Source: an uncultured virus (IMG/VR IMGVR_UViG_3300042314_001187) (taxonomy: Duplodnaviria > Heunggongvirae > Uroviricota > Caudoviricetes). Taken from it: a DNA stretch of 64,000 nt. This document shows positions 50,141 to 60,500 of the stretch, piece after piece (the stretch's first letter is position 1; each line of letters starts with the position of its first letter). Location of the stretch: IMG/VR virus record IMGVR_UViG_3300042314_001187, positions 1 to 64,000 of that record. One strand, 5' to 3'. The notes under the pieces were generated by a model, which had not been told where the DNA came from, ran no database searches, and saw nothing but the letters and a program-made list of their open reading frames with translations. Position numbers and translations under genes: made by a program.

Positions 50141-53100
50141 TTATAAGGTAAAAGTTATTGGGTAACTTTTATAAAAATCAGCTCTTGCATTATCTTTTGT
50201 CCCATCAGGTTTAAGAGGGGTTGTATAAATCGACACTTTGAATTTATAAGTTCCTTTTGAATCCTTTGACGGTACGTTAGAACAATCCAAATCATCTAAT
50301 AAGTCTTGAAGCTCAATTATAACCTGTTGTTTATTATTTGAGATTAAGTTAGTATTAAACTGTTGTCCCGTTCCTCTTCCCGCGGCACAATTAGCGTCAG
50401 TTTCATAATCAAAGTTAATACTAAAAATTTCTCTTGGACCATCAATTTTTGGGTCGACTGTAATCGTTAAACTTTCAAATAATGGTGGTGTTGTTTGAGC
50501 ATACTTATACACATCAACTAACGGATTTAGTTTTGGTGGTGGTGAACTAACATTACCTGATGTCGGATTAAACAATTTAATTGACTCTTCAACTTTAGTT
50601 TGAATATTTAATAATTGTGTTTTATCCATCTGACTATATACCGTTTCAGGTTTGTCATTAGAGTCATTCAATATAATAAATTTAGTAATTTCTTCCTTTG
50701 AATTGTCTTTAACCGTCACCATTCTACCCTTATATCTTTCAATTAAAAAATCAATATTTTCATCAATACTTTTAAAAACCATAAATGGTTGTGAAACAGA
50801 ATTCATTGTTTTACAGAAAAATTTCGTACTTGGTGTACTAGACCATTTACTAATTAATGTAAGATTAGTGAAATTATTTTCATACGCTTTAAATGATGAC
50901 CCATAATATGATGACAAATATAAAGACGCAAATATCACATACTTTAATTTATTATCATCAGTAATATTCTTATTAAGAATTCTTGAAACCACTTTAGTTT
51001 GAACATCTTTAACAGTTATTGATGTTTCCGTAGGACTATCCACAGGTGTGTATTTTTTATAATCTTCATACAATGTTTCTTTACAAGCATCCGATTCTTC
51101 AATTTTATTTTGAGTAGATAACGTTGATTGTGTTTGTGTTTGTATGTTTTGATTAGTACCTGTACTATTCTCAAGGTTTGTCGATGGACTTGATTCTTTT
51201 TGAGTTTCAATAACTGACTTTAATAAACTTGTTTTTAATGTTTGGATGAAATCATCAATCTTTAACACAGATGCTGTTGGTTGTCTAATACCTTCAATAG
51301 TTGTTTCAAAAACACCTGGACTTATAACGTGATTTACTTGGGTTATCATATAAGGACCGTAAAACATTGGGACGTATCTTAAATTAAAATACATTGTAGG
51401 TTGTATTAATGCGTTACCCATCATAGACACAGTACAAGTATAACTTCTGTTTTTGTAGATATTATATAATGAAATACTTTGTGTTGCAGAATTTTTACCT
51501 GAACTCATATTCGCCATCATATTTTCAACTTCAAGAGATTCCGCAGTTGCAGTTCCTGATTCTTGGCCAACACTAAAATTAAAAAATATTGATTGATTTT
51601 CAGGACCGATATCAACATTAAACCCGACAACTCTATTTGATGTTGCCCAATCTTCTTTATTTTTTTGGTCTTCCAATAACGGATTGTCAGACGCTTTAGT
51701 AATATCAAAAGCATCGTCCCTAAATTTAAAATCAACATTTTTAATTGCTAAGTACTCACTAGGTTTACCGGCATAAGTACAAACCATTTTAGCTGACGAT
51801 TGTCTAACATCAACATTTAAAAATGTACCAAACAAATTATTAGCAAATTCTAAAGTCCCCTCCAATTTTGGTGTTGGTTTTTTAACTACTTCTTGTACGT
51901 TATAAAAATTAACGTATGACGGTAAGTTCATCACAACAAAATTGTTTTCTATTAAAATTGATTCAACAAATGATAACATATCAATAGTAGGTTCACTCGA
52001 AAATAGATTATCAAGTCGAGTTTTTAACTTATAGATATCAACTAAAATTTTATCACCAATATTTCTTGATGCCCTGTCTAATAATAACACATCTTCAAAC
52101 AATGTTTTATTATTAAATTCATAACCAGCAATCCATTTATCATTTAACGATTTAAAACACTCCCAATGTTCTAATTTACCAATAGTATCAGTTATCTTAG
52201 AATTAGTTATTTGTTCGGGTGTCTGAGTAATTGACGGTAAAGCAGTTTGTAAACGTAACATTAAATTATTCATTGCTTTATCTTGAAAATTACTTAAAGT
52301 ATCTATATACTCATCAACCAACCCTTTAAAATTTTGCATGTTAAAATTTGATTTAAATGGTACATCCAATTTTAAACCTTTAGGTCTTATATATTTTGTC
52401 ACTATAGGGTTGTCTTGTAACCCAAATGGACCATAATAATCAGTAATTGTATCTTCAAATAATTCTTCCTCACTATACAAAAACATAACTCTTGAAGGTC
52501 CAGCATATAGTAGTTGTTTATTTGGGTCATACAATACAGGCGTTAATCTATTATTAGTCGTAGGTAATAATTCTATTTTATTACCGTCAGTTAATATAGC
52601 GTATGAATTAACATTTGGTTCATTTGACGGTATAATAGCACTATCAACATAATCTTGTAATTTCTGAGTAGCATATATTTTTATAATCGGGGAATATGTT
52701 TTAATATTGTCCACAGTAAACGCAACATTCATATCAACAAAGAAATCCGTTATATAAGAACCGTTGTTTGAATATTTTAATTTATTAATCTCTGAAAACC
52801 CAATATAAGTTTCTAACGCTTTCCACTCATTTGGGTAATTAGTTTTTGAAGTTGATAATGTAACACCACCGTTATTAGTTGGTAAAGCATTTGGCGTTAT
52901 TGATTGATATTTAGTCCATTCATATGGGTCAGTTATTTGGTAATTAGAAAAACTTAAAAATAATTTTCTGTCATAGTTACCAGGGTTACCATATTTAACA
53001 TACATTGATGTTTCAATAAACTTAGTTAAATTTTGATTAATATTATTTAATTGTTTTGTTTGAACATCATTAACAATATCATTTGATGTTGTACCTGTAG

Positions 53101-56100
53101 GTTTTGGTATCTTCATCATCTCAACCATTAATTTTTGAAAATTTAAACCATAATCAACTTCGGTATTAATGTCATACATTGATTTACTAAAATTTAAAAA
53201 TTTCTCTTCAAATAAATCCAAAATGTCTTTTTCAAAAACAGAAAACAATTCACTAATGTCAGCGTATTTGGAACTATCTCCTTTAATACCAAAATTTTCT
53301 TGTACCGTTTTTTCATTTGAAGTATCGGGTTTTCCGACTTTCATTTCTTTAAGATATTCTTTTGGGTTATTTTTGAAAACTTTACTATTATCAAAATAAC
53401 CATAAGTCGGTAATGCCCAAAAATTTCTCACAGTACCGTTATATAATGAGGTGTTACTCATTAACTCAATATTCATAGTTTTACCACTAAAACATTCATT
53501 GTACGCCTGATTCATAATACTTCCCATTGATGGAAGCGGGTATACAAATTGACTATCGGTAGTTTCAACATACACACTCCAAGGGATAACTTTTAAATCC
53601 CTTTTCGGATTTGCCTTATCAAAACCTTTATCACCTCTAATTAATGTTTCAGGAACATATTTTAACGATACTTTAAAATCATCAATACCACTTTGTATTC
53701 CAGTATTTGTATAAGCCGAAAAAACTTCAAACCCTTGATAAAACACATTCATATCATTTATTAATTTAGGGTAAAAACCTGTATTAATAAGTGTTGACGT
53801 GTCAGTCCCAAATGTTGAGTTTTTTTGTAATATAATATCAATCACACCACCATCAACAGTAAGTGTATAGTTTTTAGCTGCATTACTTGTTACCGGGTCA
53901 TAATTGGTTAAATAATCAAAGTTTTTCCAAGCGTCCTGTAAGATATCTACACCATTATTTACAAATCTTTTATAACGATGCCATATCGAACCTAACTTAA
54001 CAATAAGTGGGTATGGTAATTTATGTGTAGCCCCAAATTTTTTAAGTGTTGCAAATATATAATCTAATTCTGTATTAATACCTGAATCATATATTTTGTA
54101 TTTTTCACGTAATGTTGAGATTGGTAAACTATTCAAAAACAAATAAGCGGCACTAACAAATGGAGTTTTATCAAAGTTTCTAAATTTAACAATACCTTCT
54201 TGAATTGCATTAACAAAATAAGGGGTGTTTAACATTGATATTGTTTGGTTATTTGATACCCCACCACTATAATTAACATAATTTAAATTACCTTCAGTTA
54301 TTAATTGTTTATCAGGTGTTCTCATATTATAGAACATCTTTAACTGAGTTAAGTAATCTTCAGGTGTTGGGATTGTTAAATCACCTTTATAAACAAAGTT
54401 AGTAATTGGAATGATATTATTATTTAAACTAAAATTAGTTAATGTTTTTAATTGTTTATCAAACGATACTGTTTTTGTCGTATTATACACCTCAATAGCT
54501 TTACTAACATTTTTCCCACCAGGTAATTGATTTTTAATCCAAGAAATATCCATAAACGGATAAACATCTAACAAATCAAAATTGTTAGTTTTTGAATCTC
54601 CGGTTAAAGTCTCAATAAACCCATCTTCATTATCTAAACTAACTGTTGGTCTAACAAATGGATTTTGAATCACTAATTCATCCAAAAATAAAAATTTATT
54701 AGTACTATTTAATTCTTTGATATATGGGGTGTTATAAATCCCTCTAATATAATTCTGCCAATTAACACCAACACCTTGATTTGAAACGTGTCGTAACACA
54801 TTCACAAAATTGTTAGATGAAAACGCATAATCACTTAATGTCTTAATTAAAAATGGATTATCATTTGATAAACTTTCTTTAATGTTAATAACCTCACTTT
54901 GAGCCACAATACTTGCTACAATATCAATCACTTCAGACGTTGATGAAATCCTATTAAGTCGAGATGTTGTTGAGATGAACAACAATCTTTCGAATATTTC
55001 ATAAAAATATTTTACCTCTTCTTTACTTTGAAAGACTTGATTTGATATTGGGAATTCAATCGGGTTTAAACTTATTCTTTTAACATCCAAAATCTCATTA
55101 GATACCGATTTATTAACACCATCACTTTTACCTCTATCGGTAAATCCTTTAATAAACTCTTCAACAAATTCAACTTCAGGCCACATTGTATAATCATAAC
55201 CTTTAGTTAATTGAATAATCTTACTATCGCCAGGATATTTGGGTTCGAACTTTTCGTGACCATCTTCACCCATAGTTGCTTGTAAAAATGTTGGCCAAGG
55301 ATAAACAGGAACTTTTTCATTAACACCTGATGTTATCGCGTCAGGATTGGCATTGGCAACTGAACTATTAAAAATAGCATTTTTCCTGACTTTTTCATCT
55401 CTAACATCCCAAGATTTCTTATGAACTTCATCTAATAACCTAATAAACCCCTCACCACTTGCAAAAATAACCGCTAACACATTTCTAATTGTTGGAATAA
55501 ACCCAATACCATTATTAGTACTTTTTAATTGGTCGTACAACGCATTTGTTAGGTCTTCTTCAATTTCTCTTTTTTTCTTTTTAAGTTGATTTTCAATATC
55601 ATCTAACTTATCAGTAAAACTAAGTTTTCCTTCATAATAATAATATTCATTAACAGGAACACGTTCACCATCCTTTAAAGTGTACGTTGTCGTTAATTCA
55701 TTTTTTAAAATACCTTTATTTATTAAATCAGCCTTAAACTTTACTAATTCTTCATTAGTTGGTTCTATCTTAGTATTTTTTGTAACAAAATAAGTTTGTT
55801 CCAAATCAACATCATCACTAGTAAATTCAGCGTTAAACTTAAAATCCGTATCTTTAATATTAATCGCAGATTCTTTTGTTTTGTTATTTACGGTGTATTT
55901 CCCATTTGAACCTAATGTTCTATTTTCATTTAATTTTTTAACCGCAGTTTTTACAATTTTATCTAATTCGGTTTTGGCATTTTCCCTTTCACCAAATGTT
56001 TTAATTTCAGGTTTAAATGTATATATTTTTTTAGGGTCGTATTGTTTACCTCTACCGAAAGGTATCTGATTTAAAGCGTTTTGTGCCGATGCCGGAAATA

Positions 56101-57241
56101 ACGATTTTACATTACCAAAATTGGATTCTTTTAATACTAAGTAATTTTTAGTATCCATATATTTTTCAAACCACGAAACTGATTGTGTTATATAAATTTC
56201 TTTACGTAAATTTATTAAAATATTTTCGTATTCTGTAATATCATTTAAGGGGGTTAAATTTTGTTTAGTAAAGTTATCCAAAACATTTTTAACAAAATTC
56301 TCAAGACTATAACGTAATTGAGCAATTGTTATTTCAGGGAAATTTTCAGGTATAAGTCCTTTAGTCTTATATTCCGCATACATTTCTTTTATTTTTTCAT
56401 AACCCTTATAAGCATTTTGATTAGTAACTTGAACCAAATTACTTTGAGTCCCTGTTTTAGGATTAACCGAAAATTTAGATTGATACATATATGGTGTCGC
56501 CAATAAATAACCCATAGATACCTCAGAAATGACACCATATTGATAAGTATGGAAAATTAAATCAACTATAAAATTACCACTTGAATAATCATATCTAGCA
56601 TTGAATGACCTAAGCATTAATTTATACCTAACACCTTTACCATAAAACCCTTTTAATGTTAATTCAAACATTGGGTATGGCATATTAAAAAAGGCGGCAT
56701 ATGGTGAACTATTACCAGCTTCAAACAATGCACGTCCTTTAACGTCTTCAAGACTAATATTAAATGTCGGCATAAAATCTAACCCTTGTCTAATGTCAAT
56801 TTTGGTAATACCTAACAAACCATTGTCAGTCGCTTTATCTTCACCATTTGAACGGACATTTTGTCTGTAATAAACATCATCAGGGTTTTTAGGGTTAGTT
56901 ACCTTAGTTTTATTAGGCTGATTTAAAGCCTGACCCTGTAAACTACCTTTACCTGTAATTTCATCCACATATCTATTATTAAGATATGTTTCACCACCAG
57001 GACTTAAAAAGTTGATTGACGCTATCGAAATTGTTTGTATCGCGTCATTAATCGCAACACCTAATGCTAATTTAGTTCTTGGGAATACTTGACAAGTAAG
57101 ATTAGCATACATAACTAAATCTTCTTGTTTAACATATCTATCTCTAACAACACCATTATCATCAATAACCCTATTCGGGTCAACAATTACTATGTTATTA
57201 CTGTCGAAGTCTACTAATATATTTTCTGTTTTACCTACCAT
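50141..57241 (-). CDS. giant baseplate hub-like protein (gp27/gpD/VgrG-type termini) with degenerate muramidase-like C-terminal region
   Basis: 2366 aa; GITKIDIR...FNISLED near the N-terminus; YTCTVSMMGNALIQP...GPYMITQVNHVISPGVFETTIEG at ~51280-51450; follows the LysM gene. Confidence 0.65.
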   Translation of the reverse strand: MVGKTENILVDFDSNNIVIVDPNRVIDDNGVVRDRYVKQEDLVMYANLTCQVFPRTKLALGVAINDAIQTISIASINFLSPGGETYLNNRYVDEITGKGSLQGQALNQPNKTKVTNPKNPDDVYYRQNVRSNGEDKATDNGLLGITKIDIRQGLDFMPTFNISLEDVKGRALFEAGNSSPYAAFFNMPYPMFELTLKGFYGKGVRYKLMLRSFNARYDYSSGNFIVDLIFHTYQYGVISEVSMGYLLATPYMYQSKFSVNPKTGTQSNLVQVTNQNAYKGYEKIKEMYAEYKTKGLIPENFPEITIAQLRYSLENFVKNVLDNFTKQNLTPLNDITEYENILINLRKEIYITQSVSWFEKYMDTKNYLVLKESNFGNVKSLFPASAQNALNQIPFGRGKQYDPKKIYTFKPEIKTFGERENAKTELDKIVKTAVKKLNENRTLGSNGKYTVNNKTKESAINIKDTDFKFNAEFTSDDVDLEQTYFVTKNTKIEPTNEELVKFKADLINKGILKNELTTTYTLKDGERVPVNEYYYYEGKLSFTDKLDDIENQLKKKKREIEEDLTNALYDQLKSTNNGIGFIPTIRNVLAVIFASGEGFIRLLDEVHKKSWDVRDEKVRKNAIFNSSVANANPDAITSGVNEKVPVYPWPTFLQATMGEDGHEKFEPKYPGDSKIIQLTKGYDYTMWPEVEFVEEFIKGFTDRGKSDGVNKSVSNEILDVKRISLNPIEFPISNQVFQSKEEVKYFYEIFERLLFISTTSRLNRISSTSEVIDIVASIVAQSEVINIKESLSNDNPFLIKTLSDYAFSSNNFVNVLRHVSNQGVGVNWQNYIRGIYNTPYIKELNSTNKFLFLDELVIQNPFVRPTVSLDNEDGFIETLTGDSKTNNFDLLDVYPFMDISWIKNQLPGGKNVSKAIEVYNTTKTVSFDKQLKTLTNFSLNNNIIPITNFVYKGDLTIPTPEDYLTQLKMFYNMRTPDKQLITEGNLNYVNYSGGVSNNQTISMLNTPYFVNAIQEGIVKFRNFDKTPFVSAAYLFLNSLPISTLREKYKIYDSGINTELDYIFATLKKFGATHKLPYPLIVKLGSIWHRYKRFVNNGVDILQDAWKNFDYLTNYDPVTSNAAKNYTLTVDGGVIDIILQKNSTFGTDTSTLINTGFYPKLINDMNVFYQGFEVFSAYTNTGIQSGIDDFKVSLKYVPETLIRGDKGFDKANPKRDLKVIPWSVYVETTDSQFVYPLPSMGSIMNQAYNECFSGKTMNIELMSNTSLYNGTVRNFWALPTYGYFDNSKVFKNNPKEYLKEMKVGKPDTSNEKTVQENFGIKGDSSKYADISELFSVFEKDILDLFEEKFLNFSKSMYDINTEVDYGLNFQKLMVEMMKIPKPTGTTSNDIVNDVQTKQLNNINQNLTKFIETSMYVKYGNPGNYDRKLFLSFSNYQITDPYEWTKYQSITPNALPTNNGGVTLSTSKTNYPNEWKALETYIGFSEINKLKYSNNGSYITDFFVDMNVAFTVDNIKTYSPIIKIYATQKLQDYVDSAIIPSNEPNVNSYAILTDGNKIELLPTTNNRLTPVLYDPNKQLLYAGPSRVMFLYSEEELFEDTITDYYGPFGLQDNPIVTKYIRPKGLKLDVPFKSNFNMQNFKGLVDEYIDTLSNFQDKAMNNLMLRLQTALPSITQTPEQITNSKITDTIGKLEHWECFKSLNDKWIAGYEFNNKTLFEDVLLLDRASRNIGDKILVDIYKLKTRLDNLFSSEPTIDMLSFVESILIENNFVVMNLPSYVNFYNVQEVVKKPTPKLEGTLEFANNLFGTFLNVDVRQSSAKMVCTYAGKPSEYLAIKNVDFKFRDDAFDITKASDNPLLEDQKNKEDWATSNRVVGFNVDIGPENQSIFFNFSVGQESGTATAESLEVENMMANMSSGKNSATQSISLYNIYKNRSYTCTVSMMGNALIQPTMYFNLRYVPMFYGPYMITQVNHVISPGVFETTIEGIRQPTASVLKIDDFIQTLKTSLLKSVIETQKESSPSTNLENSTGTNQNIQTQTQSTLSTQNKIEESDACKETLYEDYKKYTPVDSPTETSITVKDVQTKVVSRILNKNITDDNKLKYVIFASLYLSSYYGSSFKAYENNFTNLTLISKWSSTPSTKFFCKTMNSVSQPFMVFKSIDENIDFLIERYKGRMVTVKDNSKEEITKFIILNDSNDKPETVYSQMDKTQLLNIQTKVEESIKLFNPTSGNVSSPPPKLNPLVDVYKYAQTTPPLFESLTITVDPKIDGPREIFSINFDYETDANCAAGRGTGQQFNTNLISNNKQQVIIELQDLLDDLDCSNVPSKDSKGTYKFKVSIYTTPLKPDGTKDNARADFYKSYPITFTL

Positions 57242-57554
57242 AATAAAAGAAATGATTTTCTAATTGATTGTTATAATCTTGTAATGAAGCTATTAAAGGA
57301 AATGGAATTGTCAAGATTGCACCATCATTTATATACCATTCTTGTCCCCCATATTTAGGGTTAGCAATTAAAATCAACCAACCAAAATAAGGAGTACCAT
57401 AATATTGTTGTGATATTTTATCTAATCTTGACTGACCTACTCGATATATATATCTTTTATCAGAACTCTTACTTGGTAAATTAACATAAGGGACAACCGT
57501 TTGTTGTCCATTAATCACAAAATTATTATATCTGTTATAGTACTTACCACCCAT
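57231..57554 (-). CDS. LysM-like baseplate protein (T4 gp53 / P2 gpX-like)
   Basis: RLDKISQQYYG...WLILIANP...GAILTIP. Confidence 0.85.
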   Translation of the reverse strand: MGGKYYNRYNNFVINGQQTVVPYVNLPSKSSDKRYIYRVGQSRLDKISQQYYGTPYFGWLILIANPKYGGQEWYINDGAILTIPFPLIASLQDYNNQLENHFFYYGR

Positions 57555-57555
57555 T

Positions 57556-60500
57556 TCAATTAAATTTTATTTTACCATCAAAAATTTCAAAATTATTTAT
57601 TTTTGATGGGTCACCTTTATACAAATAAGTTAAATTTGTTTCTTTAGTTGCTTGTTCAGTTGGATTAGGTTCAGTTGTAAACTTTACAATTCTTGCTTTA
57701 CCTTTTTTATACAATACCTCATCTAAACCATTAATGTATTTATCATAAGTACTTTTTTTCTTGAACTTTTCAAACGCTTTTAATTCATTTTTAAGTTCAT
57801 CTTTATATGTATCAACTAAATCATCAACAATATTTTCAAATACCCTAGATAAGTTTTTAGGTTTTTTCACATCCTTAATATTTGGGGTGATTATTTTGTC
57901 AATAAAATCTTTTACTTTATTTTTGTCTTCAAATGTTCGACCCATTATGATATAGAATCGTTTGTTTTCAATTGTTTTAAAATCTTCTTTACTAACGTAT
58001 GCGAAATCATCTTTAACTTTATCAGGGATTATCTTATAATCATAATCCGTACTTGTTAATAATGAATAGAAATCATTTAATTGTTTTTTGAATATAGTAT
58101 AATCAGCAACTAATTCATCAAAACCAGGACTACTTAGTAAGTTGTAGATTTTTAAACCACCACTATCCAATATTTTACCGTCAGTTTTTGAATTGACAAA
58201 ACTCACTTTTCTAATTGTTTGAACAAAATCTTGTTGTGGTAATCCAATTTTATTATTAACGATAGTCCCTATATCACTCGACATTGGTCCTTTTAGACTT
58301 TTAACGTATTTTACTAAATTTGTTTTAATTATATTTAATGTTGTATCACTACTACCAACAGTAAACCCTTTATCTACCAACCCAACTAATATTGGATTAC
58401 TACCATTATTAATATCATCAATAACTTTACTAAATAATTTATCAATATTATCTTGATAAACCGGTTTACCTAATATTTTCACATCATTACCTGATTCAAC
58501 CCCACCTAAGTTTAATGTTCCTTTCATAAAATCTCTTTTACTACACACAACACTTAACATACCATAATTAGTTTTAGCTCTAATCTCATCCATAGAATTA
58601 TAAGTGTTTGTAAAATACGTTTTACTATTATCGTATAAAACATCCATAATTTTCATATAACTCATTTCACCTGTCTCACCACTAGGTGTTAATGGTGTTG
58701 TTGTTTTGATTTCACCAATAGTTTGTCCAGCATCATTTGTTTGTTGTTGTGCGGCATCATTACTAACACTCACAGGTGGTTGTTTAGCAACTATAGCATC
58801 AACTACCATTTTATCTAACGCTGAGGTATCTTCAGTCCAAGTAGCTCTTTCGTCATATATTTCAGTATTAGCATAATAATTAAACGATAACGCGTTTTGT
58901 AATTGGTCAACAGGTTCTTTTAAACCCATACCCCCAATTATCTTAAAACTAAGTGTAACATTAGCAATCATTGGTTGAAGTCCAATACCTTCGGGATTCA
59001 TATCTAACACTAATGGGTCATACGTGAACGCGACACTATCAGGAATAATCTTCGTATTATAGAAGTCACCAATTCTAAGTACTAATACAGGAGGAGCCCC
59101 AAATGATGTATTAACCGCATCCAAACTTTTAACAGTATTATCACTAATAACAGGTATTGTTTCACCAGGTCTAACACATTGATTTAAGAATGTTAAACGA
59201 GCATTTAACCCTTCAGGTGTCATCGAGTGAAATGTTGGGTTAAAGTATTTAATCTTCTCTTTAAATGAATCATATATCATTGGTGAACTTTCTTTAATTA
59301 CTTGGAAGTAATCACACTCAGTTAATAAGTTTCTTAATATTTTTTTAGATATACCTTCTTTTATTTTTTTAACAATATTAACTTGTTGTTCAGGTTTTTT
59401 CACCGGAATTGTTTGAGTATTACCTGCCGTTGAAGTAACATCAACCGGTCTTGCAGTTGTTGTTGTGGTTGTTGTTTCGTTAGGTTTTACCGTTATTGAT
59501 TTAATTTTAACCCTACGACAAGCCATTGCCGTTGTCGAGTTTATTTCAGCTATATTTTTATTTTGAGTAGTCTTAGGTACACCAGCCTTACTTGGTTCTT
59601 GATTCTCTGTACACTTAACATCAGTTCCTGTACCCGAATCAGTTGTAGTTCCTGTAGTACCATTAGCACCTGTTTCAACATTTGTTTTAGGGATAACAAT
59701 TTCTTCACCTTTACCCGTTTCATTAACTATCGTAATCAAGTTCTTATCAAAAAATTCACCTAAACTTTTTGTCCCAATAATTTTACTTTTTAAAAACTTT
59801 TTAACTGTATCAATACGTCTATCGGATAGTTTTTTATTATAACTAGGTGATGCCTTAGCTGACGCAGAACCTTCCATCGTAATACTTATAGTACCCAATC
59901 CTTTTGATAAAATATCATAAGCATCAGTAATAAAGTTTTTATCACCACCAGCAATTTTATTAAAGTTACCTTTAACTACACTATCAAAAAACCCACCAAC
60001 GTGAATGTTTACATCATCTGATTTAAATACACTCTCAGCATTTTTTTTATATTTTTCAATATTTGTCGAACTAACATACGTATTATAAATTGACTCGTAT
60101 TCTTCAGATGTTGTCGTATCCGGATTTTTACCAGGTATGTCGTTTTCAAAATAAAACGCAAAATCCAAATAATTATTTTCAAAATCTTTAATTGAACTAT
60201 CGGGTTCAGTTTGAGATTGTTGATTATTAGTACTAACATCAGCCCCCGCAGTTCCTGAGTTATCAGACGGTAATTTTGGTATTTCTTTATTTATTTGAGA
60301 TACTGTTTCAACATCTGTTAATCGAGGATTACTTAAAATTTCTTGATAGGTATACAAATCACTAACACTTAAAGTATTAAATTTAATAGCTAGTTCATAG
60401 ATATCGTATTTAACACATCCAGCAAAAAATGAATCAATAATAGATTCAATTCGTTCTTTAGACGCACCTTTTAATTGTTTTTCAACAACTGTATTCATAA

